This document shows, piece by piece, positions 46,872 through 57,058 of a DNA stretch of 64,000 bases; positions within the stretch are counted from its first letter, which is position 1; each line of letters starts with the position of its first letter. Below the pieces are notes generated by a model. It saw only the letters and a program-made list of their open reading frames with translations, searched no databases and was not told the origin of the DNA. Made by a program: the position numbers and the translations under genes. This DNA is from Gemmatimonadota bacterium (GTDB taxonomy: Bacteria; Gemmatimonadota; Gemmatimonadetes; Longimicrobiales; Gaopeijiaceae), in assembly GCA_012267435.1 (NCBI GenBank), contig JAAXGM010000006.1:12736-76735 (forward strand), written 5' to 3'.

Positions 46872-49007
46872 CTAGAAAACCACGAAGCCCAGGATCGCGA
46901 GGACCCCGAGCGTGAGGACGAGGGCGTAGGTGTTGACCTGTCCGGTCTGGAAGAGGCTCACGAAGGCGCCTCCGGCCCGCGTCACCAGCCCCAGCCCGTT
47001 CACCGCGCCGTCGATCAGGACGGCGTCGATGACGCGCCACGAGAAGCGCGAGGCCGCGAGAACCGGTTCGACCACGAAGCGGTCGTAGAACTCGTCGACG
47101 TACCACTTGTTGAAGAGCAGGCTCTTGAATCCCGTGGGCGCGGCAGCCTGGGCGGCGGGCACCACCTTCCAGCGGGCTGCGGCGCGCGCCGTGAACAGGA
47201 CCAGTGCCAGCGCGGCCAGCGTGGACAGTCCTGCCCACAACACCTCGCCGCCGCCGAAGGGGGCGGCGTGGGCGGGCTCTCCCAGATGCTCGTAGCGGAT
47301 TTCCGTCGCGCTGGCTGTAATCGGCTCAAGCCAGTGGTGCAACCATTCCGAGGTGGGAAGCGCTCCCGCCAGCCCGAGCACCGACGCGGCTACTTCCTCC
47401 GGGACGTTTACCCACCCGCCCACGACCGAGAGGATCGCCAGCAGGATGAGCGGGATGGTCATTACCCGGGGCGCCTCGTGCAGGTGGCGCGCCTCCTCGC
47501 GTCCCGTGCGGTTGGCGCCGTGGAAGGTCATAACCATGAGGCGGGTCATATAGATGGCGGTGAGCAGCGCGGTCGCCAGCGCCAGCACCCAGAGCACCGT
47601 GAAGAGCGCCGGGTAGCTGCTGGAGGCGGCCAGGCCGGCGTACCAGATGATCTCGTCCTTGGAGAAGAACCCGGCCAGCGGCCAGACGCCCGCGATGGCC
47701 AGGGTCGCGATCCACATGGTGATCCAAGTGACCGGCATCGAGGCGCCGAGCCCGCCCATGTTGCGCATGTCCTGGGGGTCGGCGTGGCTGTGGGTGCCGT
47801 GCAGCGCGTGGTGCATGGCGTGAATCACCGCCCCCGACCCCAGGAACAGGAGCGCCTTGAAGAAGGCGTGGGTCATCAGGTGGAAGATGCCGGCGGCGTA
47901 GGCGCCCACCCCGACGCCCAGGAACATGTAGCCCAGCTGGGAAATCGTTGAGTACGCTAGCACCTTCTTGATGTCGTGCTGCGCGAGCGCGATGGTGGCG
48001 GCCAGCAGCGCGGTGAGCACGCCCACGGCGGCCACGACGGCGCTGCTCACGGGAGCCATGGCAAAGAGGACCGAGGTGCGCGCCACCATGTAGACGCCCG
48101 CGGTCACCATGGTCGCGGCGTGGATCAGCGCGGAGACCGGCGTGGGGCCGGCCATCGCGTCCGGCAGCCAGACGTACAGCGGGATCTGGGCGCTCTTGCC
48201 CGCCGCTCCTAGGAAGAGAAACAGCGTGATCGCGGTGACGGCGGCGCCTCCGTACTCGAGCAGCTCCGGAGCTTCGGAGAAGACTTCCGGGAAGGCCAGG
48301 GTGCCGAAGGTCGTGAACACCAGGAACATCGCCACCAGGAAGCCGAAGTCGCCGATGCGGTTTACGATGAAGGCCTTCTTGCCGGCGTCGGCCTTCTCGC
48401 GGTCCTGGAACCAGAAGCCGATGAGCAGGTAGCTGCACAGCCCCACCCCCTCCCAGCCCACGAACATGACCGGGAAGCTCGCCCCCAGCACGAGCACCAG
48501 CATGAAGAAGACGAAGAGGTTGAGGTAGGAGAAGTAGCGCGCGTAGCCGGGGTCGTCGTGCATGTAGCCGACGCTGAACACGTGGATCAGGAAGCCGACG
48601 CCGGTCACCACCAGCATCATGATCATGCTGAGCTGGTCCAGTTGGAGCGCCGCGTCCACTTCCAGCGCTCCGGTGACCATCCAGCTCCAGTAGGTGACGA
48701 CCACGGGGTCGTGCAGATCCGCGTGGAACATCCCCGCGAAGTTGAGCAGCACCAGCACGAACGAGAGCCCGACCACCCCCGGCCCCACCAGCGTGACCCA
48801 GCGCTTGTGCCCGTCGTCCGGACGCTCGGGTCCGTCGCCGCCCGCCCGCACCGCCGCCGCCGCGCGCGCGCCCACCCGCATCGCCAGGATGCCGTTGACC
48901 ACGAAGCCCAGCAGGGGCAGCAGGACGATGAGCCCGGGCAGAACCGGCTCGTATGCGGCCGGCTGGGCGCCTTCCTGGAGGAGTCCGGAGAGCGGCGCGA
49001 GCGTCAT
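46872..49007 (-). CDS. nuoL: NADH-quinone oxidoreductase subunit L
   Basis: 711 aa with …GKSAQIPLYVWLPDAMAGPTPVSALIHAATMVTAGVY…, the NuoL/ND5 pattern, and a long C-terminal lateral-helix region. Confidence 0.95.
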   Translation of the reverse strand: MTLAPLSGLLQEGAQPAAYEPVLPGLIVLLPLLGFVVNGILAMRVGARAAAAVRAGGDGPERPDDGHKRWVTLVGPGVVGLSFVLVLLNFAGMFHADLHDPVVVTYWSWMVTGALEVDAALQLDQLSMIMMLVVTGVGFLIHVFSVGYMHDDPGYARYFSYLNLFVFFMLVLVLGASFPVMFVGWEGVGLCSYLLIGFWFQDREKADAGKKAFIVNRIGDFGFLVAMFLVFTTFGTLAFPEVFSEAPELLEYGGAAVTAITLFLFLGAAGKSAQIPLYVWLPDAMAGPTPVSALIHAATMVTAGVYMVARTSVLFAMAPVSSAVVAAVGVLTALLAATIALAQHDIKKVLAYSTISQLGYMFLGVGVGAYAAGIFHLMTHAFFKALLFLGSGAVIHAMHHALHGTHSHADPQDMRNMGGLGASMPVTWITMWIATLAIAGVWPLAGFFSKDEIIWYAGLAASSSYPALFTVLWVLALATALLTAIYMTRLMVMTFHGANRTGREEARHLHEAPRVMTIPLILLAILSVVGGWVNVPEEVAASVLGLAGALPTSEWLHHWLEPITASATEIRYEHLGEPAHAAPFGGGEVLWAGLSTLAALALVLFTARAAARWKVVPAAQAAAPTGFKSLLFNKWYVDEFYDRFVVEPVLAASRFSWRVIDAVLIDGAVNGLGLVTRAGGAFVSLFQTGQVNTYALVLTLGVLAILGFVVF

Positions 49008-49011
49008 CCAG

Positions 49012-49305
49012 CTACCACTTGAGCAGGTTGAAGTTGTCCACGTTGACGGTCCGGTAGTGCCGGAAAATGGAGATGATGATCGCGAGCCCGACCGCGGCCT
49101 CCGCGGCCGCCACCGTCATGACGAAGAAGACGAAGACCTGCCCCTCCACGCCCACGTACCGGGAAAACGCCACCAGGGCCAGGTTCACCGCGTTCAGCTG
49201 GAGCTCGATGCAGAGGAACATGATGATGGCGTTCCGGCGCACGAGCACCCCGAAGGTGCCGATCACGAACAGCAGGGCGCTGGTGGTCAGGGCCTCGGTC
49301 AGCAC
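49012..49305 (-). CDS. nuoK: NADH-quinone oxidoreductase subunit K
   Basis: 97 aa with 3 TM helices and the conserved Glu context (…[16 protein letters not shown]…[11 protein letters not shown]…). Confidence 0.95.
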   Translation of the reverse strand: MLTEALTTSALLFVIGTFGVLVRRNAIIMFLCIELQLNAVNLALVAFSRYVGVEGQVFVFFVMTVAAAEAAVGLAIIISIFRHYRTVNVDNFNLLKW

Positions 49306-49315
49306 GCGGCGCTCC

Positions 49316-49840
49316 TCATACCCGCTTCTTCGCCAGCGCGACCGCCCCCACCACGGCGACCAGCAGCAGGATACCGGTGATCTCGAAGGGAACCACGTAT
49401 TCCTCGAAGAGCGGCCGCGCGATCAGCGACACCGCGCCTCGCTCGGCCAGCTCCAGGTCCATCGCCGCGGCGCCGGGAAAGCTCTCGTACAGCGGGCTCG
49501 TCTCCGCGCCGCCCAAACGGGTCGCTAGGATTCCGCAGATGGCCCCCGAGACGAGGAAGGCGCACACGGCGTAGAGCCCGCGCACCAGGTCGTCCCTGTA
49601 GTCGTGCCCGAGGTTCAGGAGCATGATCACGAAAAGGAAGAGCACCATGATGGCGCCGGCGTAGACCATCACCTGGATGGCGGCCAGGAAGTGCGCTTCC
49701 AGCAGCACGTAGATCCCGGCTACGCTCGCCAGCGACACCACCATGAACATGAGGCTGGCCACGGGGTTCCGGCTCGCCACCACCCCGATGCCTCCGCCCA
49801 CCACGGTCACGGCGAAGACGTAGAAGAGGATCAGCTCCAT
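49316..49840 (-). CDS. nuoJ: NADH-quinone oxidoreductase subunit J
   Basis: …[52 protein letters not shown]… is the NuoJ/ND6 pattern. Confidence 0.9.
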   Translation of the reverse strand: MELILFYVFAVTVVGGGIGVVASRNPVASLMFMVVSLASVAGIYVLLEAHFLAAIQVMVYAGAIMVLFLFVIMLLNLGHDYRDDLVRGLYAVCAFLVSGAICGILATRLGGAETSPLYESFPGAAAMDLELAERGAVSLIARPLFEEYVVPFEITGILLLVAVVGAVALAKKRV

Positions 49841-49844
49841 CCCC

Positions 49845-50345
49845 TCACTCCGATGCGGGGTCGGAGGGATCCCAGAGCGCGGTGACCGGGTGCTCCTGCT
49901 CCATCAGCCGGTCCAGGTCGTAGACGAAGCGCTCGCGCGTGTACTCGGCGTTCTCGAAGTGCTGGCCCACGTGGATCGCCTCCACCGGGCACACCTCCTG
50001 GCACATGCCGCAGAAGATGCAGCGGAATTCGTCGATCTCGTAGACGATGGGGTAGCGGTTGCCCTGATCGTCCTCCCCGCCGACCAGGCGGATGCAGTTG
50101 GCCGGGCAGACCGTGGGACAGAGGCCGCACGCGACGCACTTGGGGCGCCCGTCGGCGTGCACCTCCATGCGGTGGGTGCCGCGCCAGCGGGGATGGAGTT
50201 CCGTGGGTTCCTCGGGGTAGCTGCGCGTCACCTTGCGGGGGTTCACCATGTGCCGGAAGGTCAGCGACATCCCCTTGAGGGCGGCTCTCAGGTACGAACT
50301 CCGGGCCGCTTCCGGCCGGCGTATCACCTTCACCGATATGGCCAT
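49845..50345 (-). CDS. nuoI: NADH-quinone oxidoreductase subunit I
   Basis: Two 4Fe-4S ferredoxin motifs are present: CVACGLCPTVCP and CIFCGMCQEVCP. Confidence 0.95.
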   Translation of the reverse strand: MAISVKVIRRPEAARSSYLRAALKGMSLTFRHMVNPRKVTRSYPEEPTELHPRWRGTHRMEVHADGRPKCVACGLCPTVCPANCIRLVGGEDDQGNRYPIVYEIDEFRCIFCGMCQEVCPVEAIHVGQHFENAEYTRERFVYDLDRLMEQEHPVTALWDPSDPASE

Positions 50346-50361
50346 GGCGACTCCCGCGGGA

Positions 50362-51624
50362 TCATGGGTGGGCGGCCGGCGCCGCGCGGGCGGCCCGTCC
50401 GGCTGGCGCGGCCCCGGTGATGACGCGGCCGCGGTCGAGGTACAGGGCGAACATGCCGGTGGCGACGAGACTCACTCCGGTCAGCGCCAGGGCGAAGCCC
50501 GGTCCGCCGGACACGCCCAGCTGATCCAGCACCAGGATGGTGGCGGCCACGAGCATGACGTAGGCGAGCGCCGTGGGCAGCATCACCTTCCAGCCCAGGT
50601 GCATGACCTGGTCGTAGCGGAAGCGCGGAAGCGTCCAGCGCACCCAGATGTAGAGGACCACGAAGAAGGTGGTTTTGAGCGAGAAGGCGCCCAGGGTGAG
50701 CAGCGTGGTCCAGATGGACAACCGGGCGGTGATGGGCTCCCCCGCCGCCGTGAAGCCGGAGATGAGCCCGCCCTCGTGCGGGATGAAGTTGTCATCCGCC
50801 CAGAAGGGGATGTCCCAGCCGCCCAGGAAGAGGGTGGCCATGAGCGCCGAGGCGGTGATCACGTGCGCGTACTCGGCGATGAAGAACATGCTGAACTTCA
50901 TCGACGAGTACTCCGTGTGATATCCGGTCACGAGCTCGGATTCGGCTTCCGGCATGTCGAAGGGCAGCCGGTTGGTCTCCGCGAACGCCGAGATCAGGAA
51001 GAGCAGGAAGCCAAGCGAAAGAGGGAGGATGTACCAGAGGCCCAGCTGCTGTTCGGCCACCATCCGGGTGAGCGTGACGTTGCCCGCCAGCATCATGACC
51101 GGGATCAGCGAGAGTCCCAGCCCGACCTCGTAGCTCACCATCTGGGCGGACGCGCGCAGGCCGCCCAGAAGCGCGTACTTGTTGTTGGAGGACCATCCTC
51201 CCAGGAAGATGCCGTACACCCCGAGCGAGCTGATGGCGAGGATGTAGAGCACCCCCACCGGCAGGTCGGCGACCACCATGTCCACGGTTCCCCACGGTGT
51301 GGGCAGCGGGGCGGCGAAGGGAATCACGGCGAAGGTGACGAGGGCCGGCATGATCGACAGCATCGGGCCCAGAACGAAGTAGAAGCGCGACGCCGTGGCC
51401 GGGCTGGTCTCCTCCTTGATGATGTTCTTGAGTCCGTCGGCGATGGGCTGCAGGAGCCCGAACGGGCCCACCCGGTTGGGCCCCAGGCGATCCTGGATGA
51501 AGGCCGAGAGGCGCCGTTCGGCCCAAGTGGCGTACATGATCGCCACCATCAGCGCCGTGAAGACGGCCAGGACCTTGACGGCGGCGGCGATCAGGAAGGC
51601 CGCGGGCGAGAGTTCGTTCATCAT
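50362..51624 (-). CDS. nuoH: NADH-quinone oxidoreductase subunit H
   Basis: …AERRLSAFIQDRLGPNRVGPFGLLQPIADGLK…ETNRLPFDMPEAESELV.GYHTEYS… is the NuoH/ND1 pattern. Confidence 0.95.
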   Translation of the reverse strand: MMNELSPAAFLIAAAVKVLAVFTALMVAIMYATWAERRLSAFIQDRLGPNRVGPFGLLQPIADGLKNIIKEETSPATASRFYFVLGPMLSIMPALVTFAVIPFAAPLPTPWGTVDMVVADLPVGVLYILAISSLGVYGIFLGGWSSNNKYALLGGLRASAQMVSYEVGLGLSLIPVMMLAGNVTLTRMVAEQQLGLWYILPLSLGFLLFLISAFAETNRLPFDMPEAESELVTGYHTEYSSMKFSMFFIAEYAHVITASALMATLFLGGWDIPFWADDNFIPHEGGLISGFTAAGEPITARLSIWTTLLTLGAFSLKTTFFVVLYIWVRWTLPRFRYDQVMHLGWKVMLPTALAYVMLVAATILVLDQLGVSGGPGFALALTGVSLVATGMFALYLDRGRVITGAAPAGRAARAAPAAHP

Positions 51625-53210
51625 TCTCCCGCGATGGCCGCGGGACGATTCGCGGGCACACCCCGCGCGCCGAGCTGGTCGTAGTCGAGGCCCTCATACT
51701 CCGGGACGCGTGCCGCGAGCCGGCTGAACGACTCCGCCGCGCTCGCCGCCGCCGGTTCTCCGGCGAGGGAGGCGGCCACGGCACCGAGCACCCGCCATGC
51801 GGGCTGGGCGTCCCCGGCGGCCCTGAGCGCAGGCTCGAAGCGCTGCACCCGGGTCCGCACGTTGGTGAATGTCCCCTCCTGTTCGGCGAAGGTCGTGACC
51901 GGCAGCACGAAGTGCGCGTTGCGGGCGGCCGGCGCCGGGTGGGTGCCGAGGTACACGAAGAGCTCCGCGCGCGCGCCGAATTCCTCCGGCTGATCGGCCA
52001 GCTCGTCACCCAGCACGATCAGCGTGCCGGTGCTCGCCGCCGCCTCGCCCAGTCCTCCGGTGGCGTCGTCGCTTCCCACCCGGCGCAGCCCCAGCAGTTC
52101 GGCGCCGCGGGTGTTGGGCGCCAAGTCGCGGCGGCGGGCCAGCACGGGGAAACCGGGCAGCGGGACCTCGTCCGGGGTTCTCGGCGAGCGGTACACGATG
52201 TCGTCCCCACCGAGGCGCTCGACGAGCTCCCGCAGGGCGCCCAGATCCTCGTTGGACGCGTTGGCGGAAGCGACCGCCTGGACGGGGCCGCGGCATGCCT
52301 CGAGCCGCTCCCGCAGCGAGGCGAGAACTCCGTGCCAGCCGGGCGCCGACCAGCCACCGTCCCCTCGCGCGAAAGGCTCGTCGATCCGGTCGCTCCGGTT
52401 CATCCACTCGTAACGGCCGCGGCCGTAGTCGCACATCCAGTGGCCGTTGACTTCCGGGTTTTCGCGGGGCTTCAGCCGATGCACCACGTTGTCGCGGGTG
52501 TGGATGTCGATATTGCACCCCTGAGAGCAGTTGGGACACACGGACGGAGTGTGGTCGAGGTCCCAGGCGCGCGCCTTGTGTAGAAAATCCTTGGAGACCA
52601 GCGCCCCGACCGGGCAGATGTCGACGATGTTGCCCGAGTAGGGAGAATCCCTGAGCCCCTGTTCGAAGAACGTGTCGATGACCGCCCGGTCGCCCCGCTC
52701 CACCACCGTCAGGACGGGATCCCGCGCCATCTCCTCCATGAAGCGCACGCAGCGCGTGCACATGACGCAGCGGTCCCCGTAGAAGAGGACGTCGCCTCCG
52801 AAGTCGTCGCGGCCGAACACGCGCTTGGGCTCGATCCCGCGGCCGTGAGCGCGCCCCTCGGAGTGGACGTAGTCCTGCAGCTTGCACTCCCCGGACTGGT
52901 CGCAGATGGGACAGTCGAGCGGGTGGTTGATGAGGTAGAACTCGAGCACGCCCTTGCGCATCTCGCGCGCCAACCCCTCGTCGGTGCGCACCACCTGGCC
53001 ATCCTGGGCCTGGGTGACGCAGGAGGGCATGGGCTTGGGGGCGCCTTCAACGTCCACCAGGCAGAGGCGGCACTGGGCGGGCGCGGACAGCGCGGGGTGA
53101 TAGCAGTAGTGCGGCACCTCAACGCCGATTTCCTCGGCCGCATGCAGCAGCGAAGTGCCCTCCGGGACCGTGACCCGGCGGCCGTCGATGGTCAGGGTGA
53201 CGGTGCTCAC
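51621..53210 (-). CDS. nuoG: NADH-quinone oxidoreductase subunit G (short form, 529 aa)
   Basis: It has an N-terminal 2Fe-2S and 4Fe-4S region (VTLTIDGRRVTVPEGTSLL…HYCYHP.LS..AQCRLCLV…CPICDQSGEC.LQD…C..CTRCVRF). The GTG at 53210 overlaps the nuoF stop. Confidence 0.9.
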   Translation of the reverse strand: MSTVTLTIDGRRVTVPEGTSLLHAAEEIGVEVPHYCYHPALSAPAQCRLCLVDVEGAPKPMPSCVTQAQDGQVVRTDEGLAREMRKGVLEFYLINHPLDCPICDQSGECKLQDYVHSEGRAHGRGIEPKRVFGRDDFGGDVLFYGDRCVMCTRCVRFMEEMARDPVLTVVERGDRAVIDTFFEQGLRDSPYSGNIVDICPVGALVSKDFLHKARAWDLDHTPSVCPNCSQGCNIDIHTRDNVVHRLKPRENPEVNGHWMCDYGRGRYEWMNRSDRIDEPFARGDGGWSAPGWHGVLASLRERLEACRGPVQAVASANASNEDLGALRELVERLGGDDIVYRSPRTPDEVPLPGFPVLARRRDLAPNTRGAELLGLRRVGSDDATGGLGEAAASTGTLIVLGDELADQPEEFGARAELFVYLGTHPAPAARNAHFVLPVTTFAEQEGTFTNVRTRVQRFEPALRAAGDAQPAWRVLGAVAASLAGEPAAASAAESFSRLAARVPEYEGLDYDQLGARGVPANRPAAIAGE

Positions 53211-54499
53211 GCGACCTCCGCCGTGGCGCCGCCGTGGATCAGGGCCAGGTATTCGTCCCGGAACTTCTCGATGGAGGAGACCACCGGCGCCGCCGCCGAA
53301 TCGGAGAGCACGCAGATCGTGGTGCCGGTCATCTGGGCGCTCATGTCGAGCAGCGTGTCCAGGTCGGATTCGGCGCCCCTTCCCCCTTCGATGCGACGAA
53401 GCACCTGCGTCATCCAGGAGGTGCCCTCGCGGCAGGGCGTGCACTGGCCGCAGGATTCGTGCGCGTAGAACTGCACCATGCGCCGCACCTCCCGCACGAT
53501 GTTGGTGCGATCGTCCATAACGATCACGGAGGCGCAGCCGAGCATCGAGCCGACCGCCTCCACCCCCTCATAGCACAGCGTGCATGCCCGGCAGTCCTCC
53601 ACATCCATCAGCGGTACGGAACTGCCGCCCGGGATCACGGACTTGAGCGCCCGCCCGCCGGCCACGCCGCCGCACACGTCCTCGATCAGCTCCATCATCG
53701 GAAAGCCCAGCGGGAGCTCGTAGTTGCCGGGCTTCTCCACATGGCCGCTCACGCAGAAGAGCTTGGTGCCGGGGGACTTGTCGGTGCCCCACTGCCGGTA
53801 CCATTCGCCTCCGTGCCTTACGATGTGGGGCACGGCCGCCAGCGTCTCGACATTGTTGATGGTGGTGGGCATGGAATAAACGCCCACCGCGGCCGGGAAG
53901 GGCGGCTTCACCCGCGGCTCCCCGCGCCGGCCTTCGAGGGAATTCATGAGCCCGGTCTCTTCACCACAGATGTACGCCCCCGCGCCCACGTGCACGGTCA
54001 CCTCGATGTGGTTTTCCGACCCCAGGATGTGGCGGCCGGCGAGCCCTCGCTCGTACGCCTCCTCGACCGCTCGCGCAATGACCTGGCTCGCCTCGAAGAA
54101 CTCGCCGCGGAGATAGATGTAGGCGTGTCGCGAACCCATCGCGTATGCGGCGATCAGGCATCCCTCGATGAGCTGATGGGGATCCCAGCGGATCAGTTCG
54201 CGGTCCTTGAAGGTGCCGGGCTCCGATTCGTCGGCGTTGCACAGGAGGTAGTGCGGCTTGACCGCGGCCTTCGGCATGAAGCTCCACTTGAGCCCCGTGG
54301 GAAACCCCGCCCCTCCCCTGCCCCGCAGTCCCGATGCCTTTACCTCGTCGATCACCGCGGCCGCCCCGATCTCGAAGGCGCGCTCAAGTCCCCGGTATCC
54401 GCCCCGGTCCCTGTATCCTTCGAGCGTGCGCGCCGCGGGATCCCCGAAGTTGCGTGAGATCACGCGCACCTCGCGCTCGTGCACGTAGGGGTAGGCCAT
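53207..54499 (-). CDS. nuoF: NADH-quinone oxidoreductase subunit F
   Basis: GLRGRGGAGFPTGLKWSF…YLLCNADESEPGTFKDR…ESCGQCTPCREG shows the FMN/NADH site and the N3 cluster motif. Confidence 0.95.
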   Translation of the reverse strand: MAYPYVHEREVRVISRNFGDPAARTLEGYRDRGGYRGLERAFEIGAAAVIDEVKASGLRGRGGAGFPTGLKWSFMPKAAVKPHYLLCNADESEPGTFKDRELIRWDPHQLIEGCLIAAYAMGSRHAYIYLRGEFFEASQVIARAVEEAYERGLAGRHILGSENHIEVTVHVGAGAYICGEETGLMNSLEGRRGEPRVKPPFPAAVGVYSMPTTINNVETLAAVPHIVRHGGEWYRQWGTDKSPGTKLFCVSGHVEKPGNYELPLGFPMMELIEDVCGGVAGGRALKSVIPGGSSVPLMDVEDCRACTLCYEGVEAVGSMLGCASVIVMDDRTNIVREVRRMVQFYAHESCGQCTPCREGTSWMTQVLRRIEGGRGAESDLDTLLDMSAQMTGTTICVLSDSAAAPVVSSIEKFRDEYLALIHGGATAEVA

Positions 54500-55162
54500 C
54501 TACTCGCCGTGCTCCCTCAGGCGCCGCAGGAGGGCGGGCACGTCGTCCGGCAGCACGTTCTCGTAGTAGCGGGAGTTGATCTGCACGGCGACCGGGAAGC
54601 CGCACGCGGCCAGGCACTCCACCTCGATGACGGTGAAGTCGCCGTCTTCGGAAGTCTCCCCCAACTCGGTGTCCGTTTGTCGCAGGAAGGCGTCGAGCAC
54701 CTCCTCGCCCCGGCACAGGCTGCAGCTGATGTTGGTGCACACTTGGATGAGGAACCGCCCCACCGGCCGCTTGTTGTACATCGTGTAGAAGGTGACCGTA
54801 CCGCGCACCTCGGCCGACGCCAGGCCGAGAAGCGCCGCCACCTCGTCCATCGTCCCGGGGGAGATGTGGCCGCGCAGCTCCTGGGCCAAGTTCAGCGTCG
54901 GGATGAGGGCACCGCGCGCGGTCGGGTAGCGAGAGCGAATCTTCTCGAACCGCTCCCTGTGTGGACCCTCGAAGAGGATCGCGTCCGGATCCTTGTCGGG
55001 GAGCATGTAGGGATACGAGGGAGCCGCCGATTCGTGACCTCCGTCGAGCGGCCGCTCGCCCACGAAATCGGTACCGCGCACGTCCGCTTCGGTGAGGTCG
55101 AACTCTCCCACGTTGCCGGCCCAGCCGGGGTTGCGGAAGGGCCCGCGGGTGGGAGCGCTCAT
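54500..55162 (-). CDS. nuoE: NADH-quinone oxidoreductase subunit E (with ~60-aa N-terminal extension)
   Basis: The thioredoxin-like 2Fe-2S motifs are IQVCTNISCSLCG-type (…LIQVCTNISCSLCRGEE…) and VECLAACG. Confidence 0.9.
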   Translation of the reverse strand: MSAPTRGPFRNPGWAGNVGEFDLTEADVRGTDFVGERPLDGGHESAAPSYPYMLPDKDPDAILFEGPHRERFEKIRSRYPTARGALIPTLNLAQELRGHISPGTMDEVAALLGLASAEVRGTVTFYTMYNKRPVGRFLIQVCTNISCSLCRGEEVLDAFLRQTDTELGETSEDGDFTVIEVECLAACGFPVAVQINSRYYENVLPDDVPALLRRLREHGE

Positions 55163-56436
55163 CGGTCGATCTCGCCCAGAACGATGTCGAGGCTCGCGTT
55201 GATCATGATGAGGTCGGCCACAAGGTGCCCCTCGGCCAGCTTCGCGATCGCGGACAGGTTGACGAAGGACGGCGGGCGGATGCGCCAGCGCACCGGCTTG
55301 GGCCCGCCGTCGCCCACCAGGTACATGCCCAGCTCGCCTTTCGACCCCTCGACGGAGAAGTAGCAGTCCTCGGCGGGCGCGCCGATACCGTCCATGATCA
55401 GCTTGAAGTGGTGGATCATCGACTCCATGTCGCTCATGCAGTCGGTCTTGCTCGGCAGGCTGATGCGTGGATCCTCCACGTTGATGGGACCATCGGGGAG
55501 ACGGTCCAGGGCCTGATGCAGGATGGCCACGCTCTGGCGCATCTCCTCCATGCGCACCAGGTAGCGGTCGTAGCAGTCCCCGTTCTCACCGACCGGAACC
55601 TCGAAGTCGTAGGTCTCGTAGTCGTAGTAGGGCCGGTCCTTGCGCACGTCGTAGTCCACCCCGCTGGCGCGCAGGTTGGGGCCGGTCAGGCCGCAGTCAA
55701 CCGCGTCTTCGGGACCGATCGCCCCGATGTTCATGGTGCGCCCCTGATGGATCGCGTTGGTGGTGAGCAGCGCGTCGATCTCGTTCAGGGTGCGGGGGAA
55801 GGTGTCGATGAACTCGCGCACGCCCTCGGCCCAGCCGGTCGGCAGGTCCGACATCATCCCCCCGATGCGGGTGGCGGAGGTCGTGATGCGGGCGCCCGTC
55901 AGCTCCTCGTGCAGCTGGTAGACGCGCTCGCGCTCCTGGAACGCATACAGGAAGGGGGTGAAGGCTCCGACGTCGATGGCGGTGGTGCCCAGCCAGAGCA
56001 GGTGCGAGAAGATGCGGTCCAGCTCCAAGCAGATCACCCGCACCACCTTGCACCGCTCCGTCACCTCGATGCCCATCAGCTTCTCGACCGCCATGGCGTA
56101 GGCGCAGTTGTAGATCAGCGGCGCCAGGTAGTCCATGCGATCGGTCAGCGGCACGATCTGGTTGTAGGTGCGGTACTCGCCCAGCTTCTCGAAGGAGGAG
56201 TGCAGGTACCCGATGTGCGGCGTGACCGAAACCACGGTCTCTCCGTCCAGCTCGCAGATGAGCCTCAGCACGCCGTGCGTCGCGGGGTGCTGCGGCCCTA
56301 TGTTGATGAGCATCCGCTCGGAGCCGATGTCGGGCTCCGCGACATCGACGGGTGCCAGCGGCCCCATCGCGGGTCGGGCGTCCATCCCCATCTCCGCTCC
56401 ACGCCCCACCGGGATCTCCACCGTCCGGCGCGTCAT
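55159..56436 (-). CDS. nuoD: NADH-quinone oxidoreductase subunit D
   Basis: …MLINIGPQHPATHGVLRL…EKL.EYRTYNQ…R.RPPSF.NL…GE.DR are the family motifs. The ATG at 56436 overlaps the nuoC stop. Confidence 0.95.
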   Translation of the reverse strand: MTRRTVEIPVGRGAEMGMDARPAMGPLAPVDVAEPDIGSERMLINIGPQHPATHGVLRLICELDGETVVSVTPHIGYLHSSFEKLGEYRTYNQIVPLTDRMDYLAPLIYNCAYAMAVEKLMGIEVTERCKVVRVICLELDRIFSHLLWLGTTAIDVGAFTPFLYAFQERERVYQLHEELTGARITTSATRIGGMMSDLPTGWAEGVREFIDTFPRTLNEIDALLTTNAIHQGRTMNIGAIGPEDAVDCGLTGPNLRASGVDYDVRKDRPYYDYETYDFEVPVGENGDCYDRYLVRMEEMRQSVAILHQALDRLPDGPINVEDPRISLPSKTDCMSDMESMIHHFKLIMDGIGAPAEDCYFSVEGSKGELGMYLVGDGGPKPVRWRIRPPSFVNLSAIAKLAEGHLVADLIMINASLDIVLGEIDR

Positions 56437-57038
56437 CGGTCCGAGTTTCCCGGAGCGGAGGTCGCCGATTCGTCCGCGGGAACGATCTGGGGTGCGCCGC
56501 GTCCCTCCATCTCCTCCGGCATGTAGTACTGCTCCATGTCCTGGGAGAGGGCGCGCCGGGTCTGCTCGGCGCGGGAGAAACGACCCCGCAGCGGGAAGTC
56601 CTTCCGCAGGGGATGGCCCTCGGCGTAGTTCTCGGGCATGAGAATGCGGCGCAGGTCCGGGTGGCCGGTGAACTCGATCCCGAACAGATCGTAGACCTCG
56701 CGCTCGAGCCAGTCGGCCGCGCTCCAGAGAGTGGTCACGGAGGCGATCGCGAGGCGGGAAAGCGGGAGCTCGCACTTCACGCGCAGCGCCTTGCGGTGCG
56801 GGATGGACCAGAGCTGGTAGACGACCTCGAGCGGGCGCCCGTCGCCGTAGTCGACCGCGGTAACGTCGACCAGCAGGTTGAAGCGCTCGCCGGGGTCGGT
56901 GCGCAACCAGTCCAGCACCTCTGCGTTACGGCCTGGGTCAATGTAGACCACCCGTTGGTGCCCGGATTGCACCAGGTCGCGCGCGACGGCGTCGGGGAAT
57001 GCCGCGCGCAGAGCGTCAACGGTGGCGGAAGCCGGCAT
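56433..57038 (-). CDS. nuoC: NADH-quinone oxidoreductase subunit C
   Basis: …FNLLVDVTAVDYGD…LEVVYQLWS…AADWLEREVYDLFGIEFTGHPDLRRILMPE… is the 30-kDa subunit pattern. ATG at 57038. Confidence 0.9.
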   Translation of the reverse strand: MPASATVDALRAAFPDAVARDLVQSGHQRVVYIDPGRNAEVLDWLRTDPGERFNLLVDVTAVDYGDGRPLEVVYQLWSIPHRKALRVKCELPLSRLAIASVTTLWSAADWLEREVYDLFGIEFTGHPDLRRILMPENYAEGHPLRKDFPLRGRFSRAEQTRRALSQDMEQYYMPEEMEGRGAPQIVPADESATSAPGNSDR

Positions 57039-57058
57039 TCCGTGGCGGTCGGGTCGGG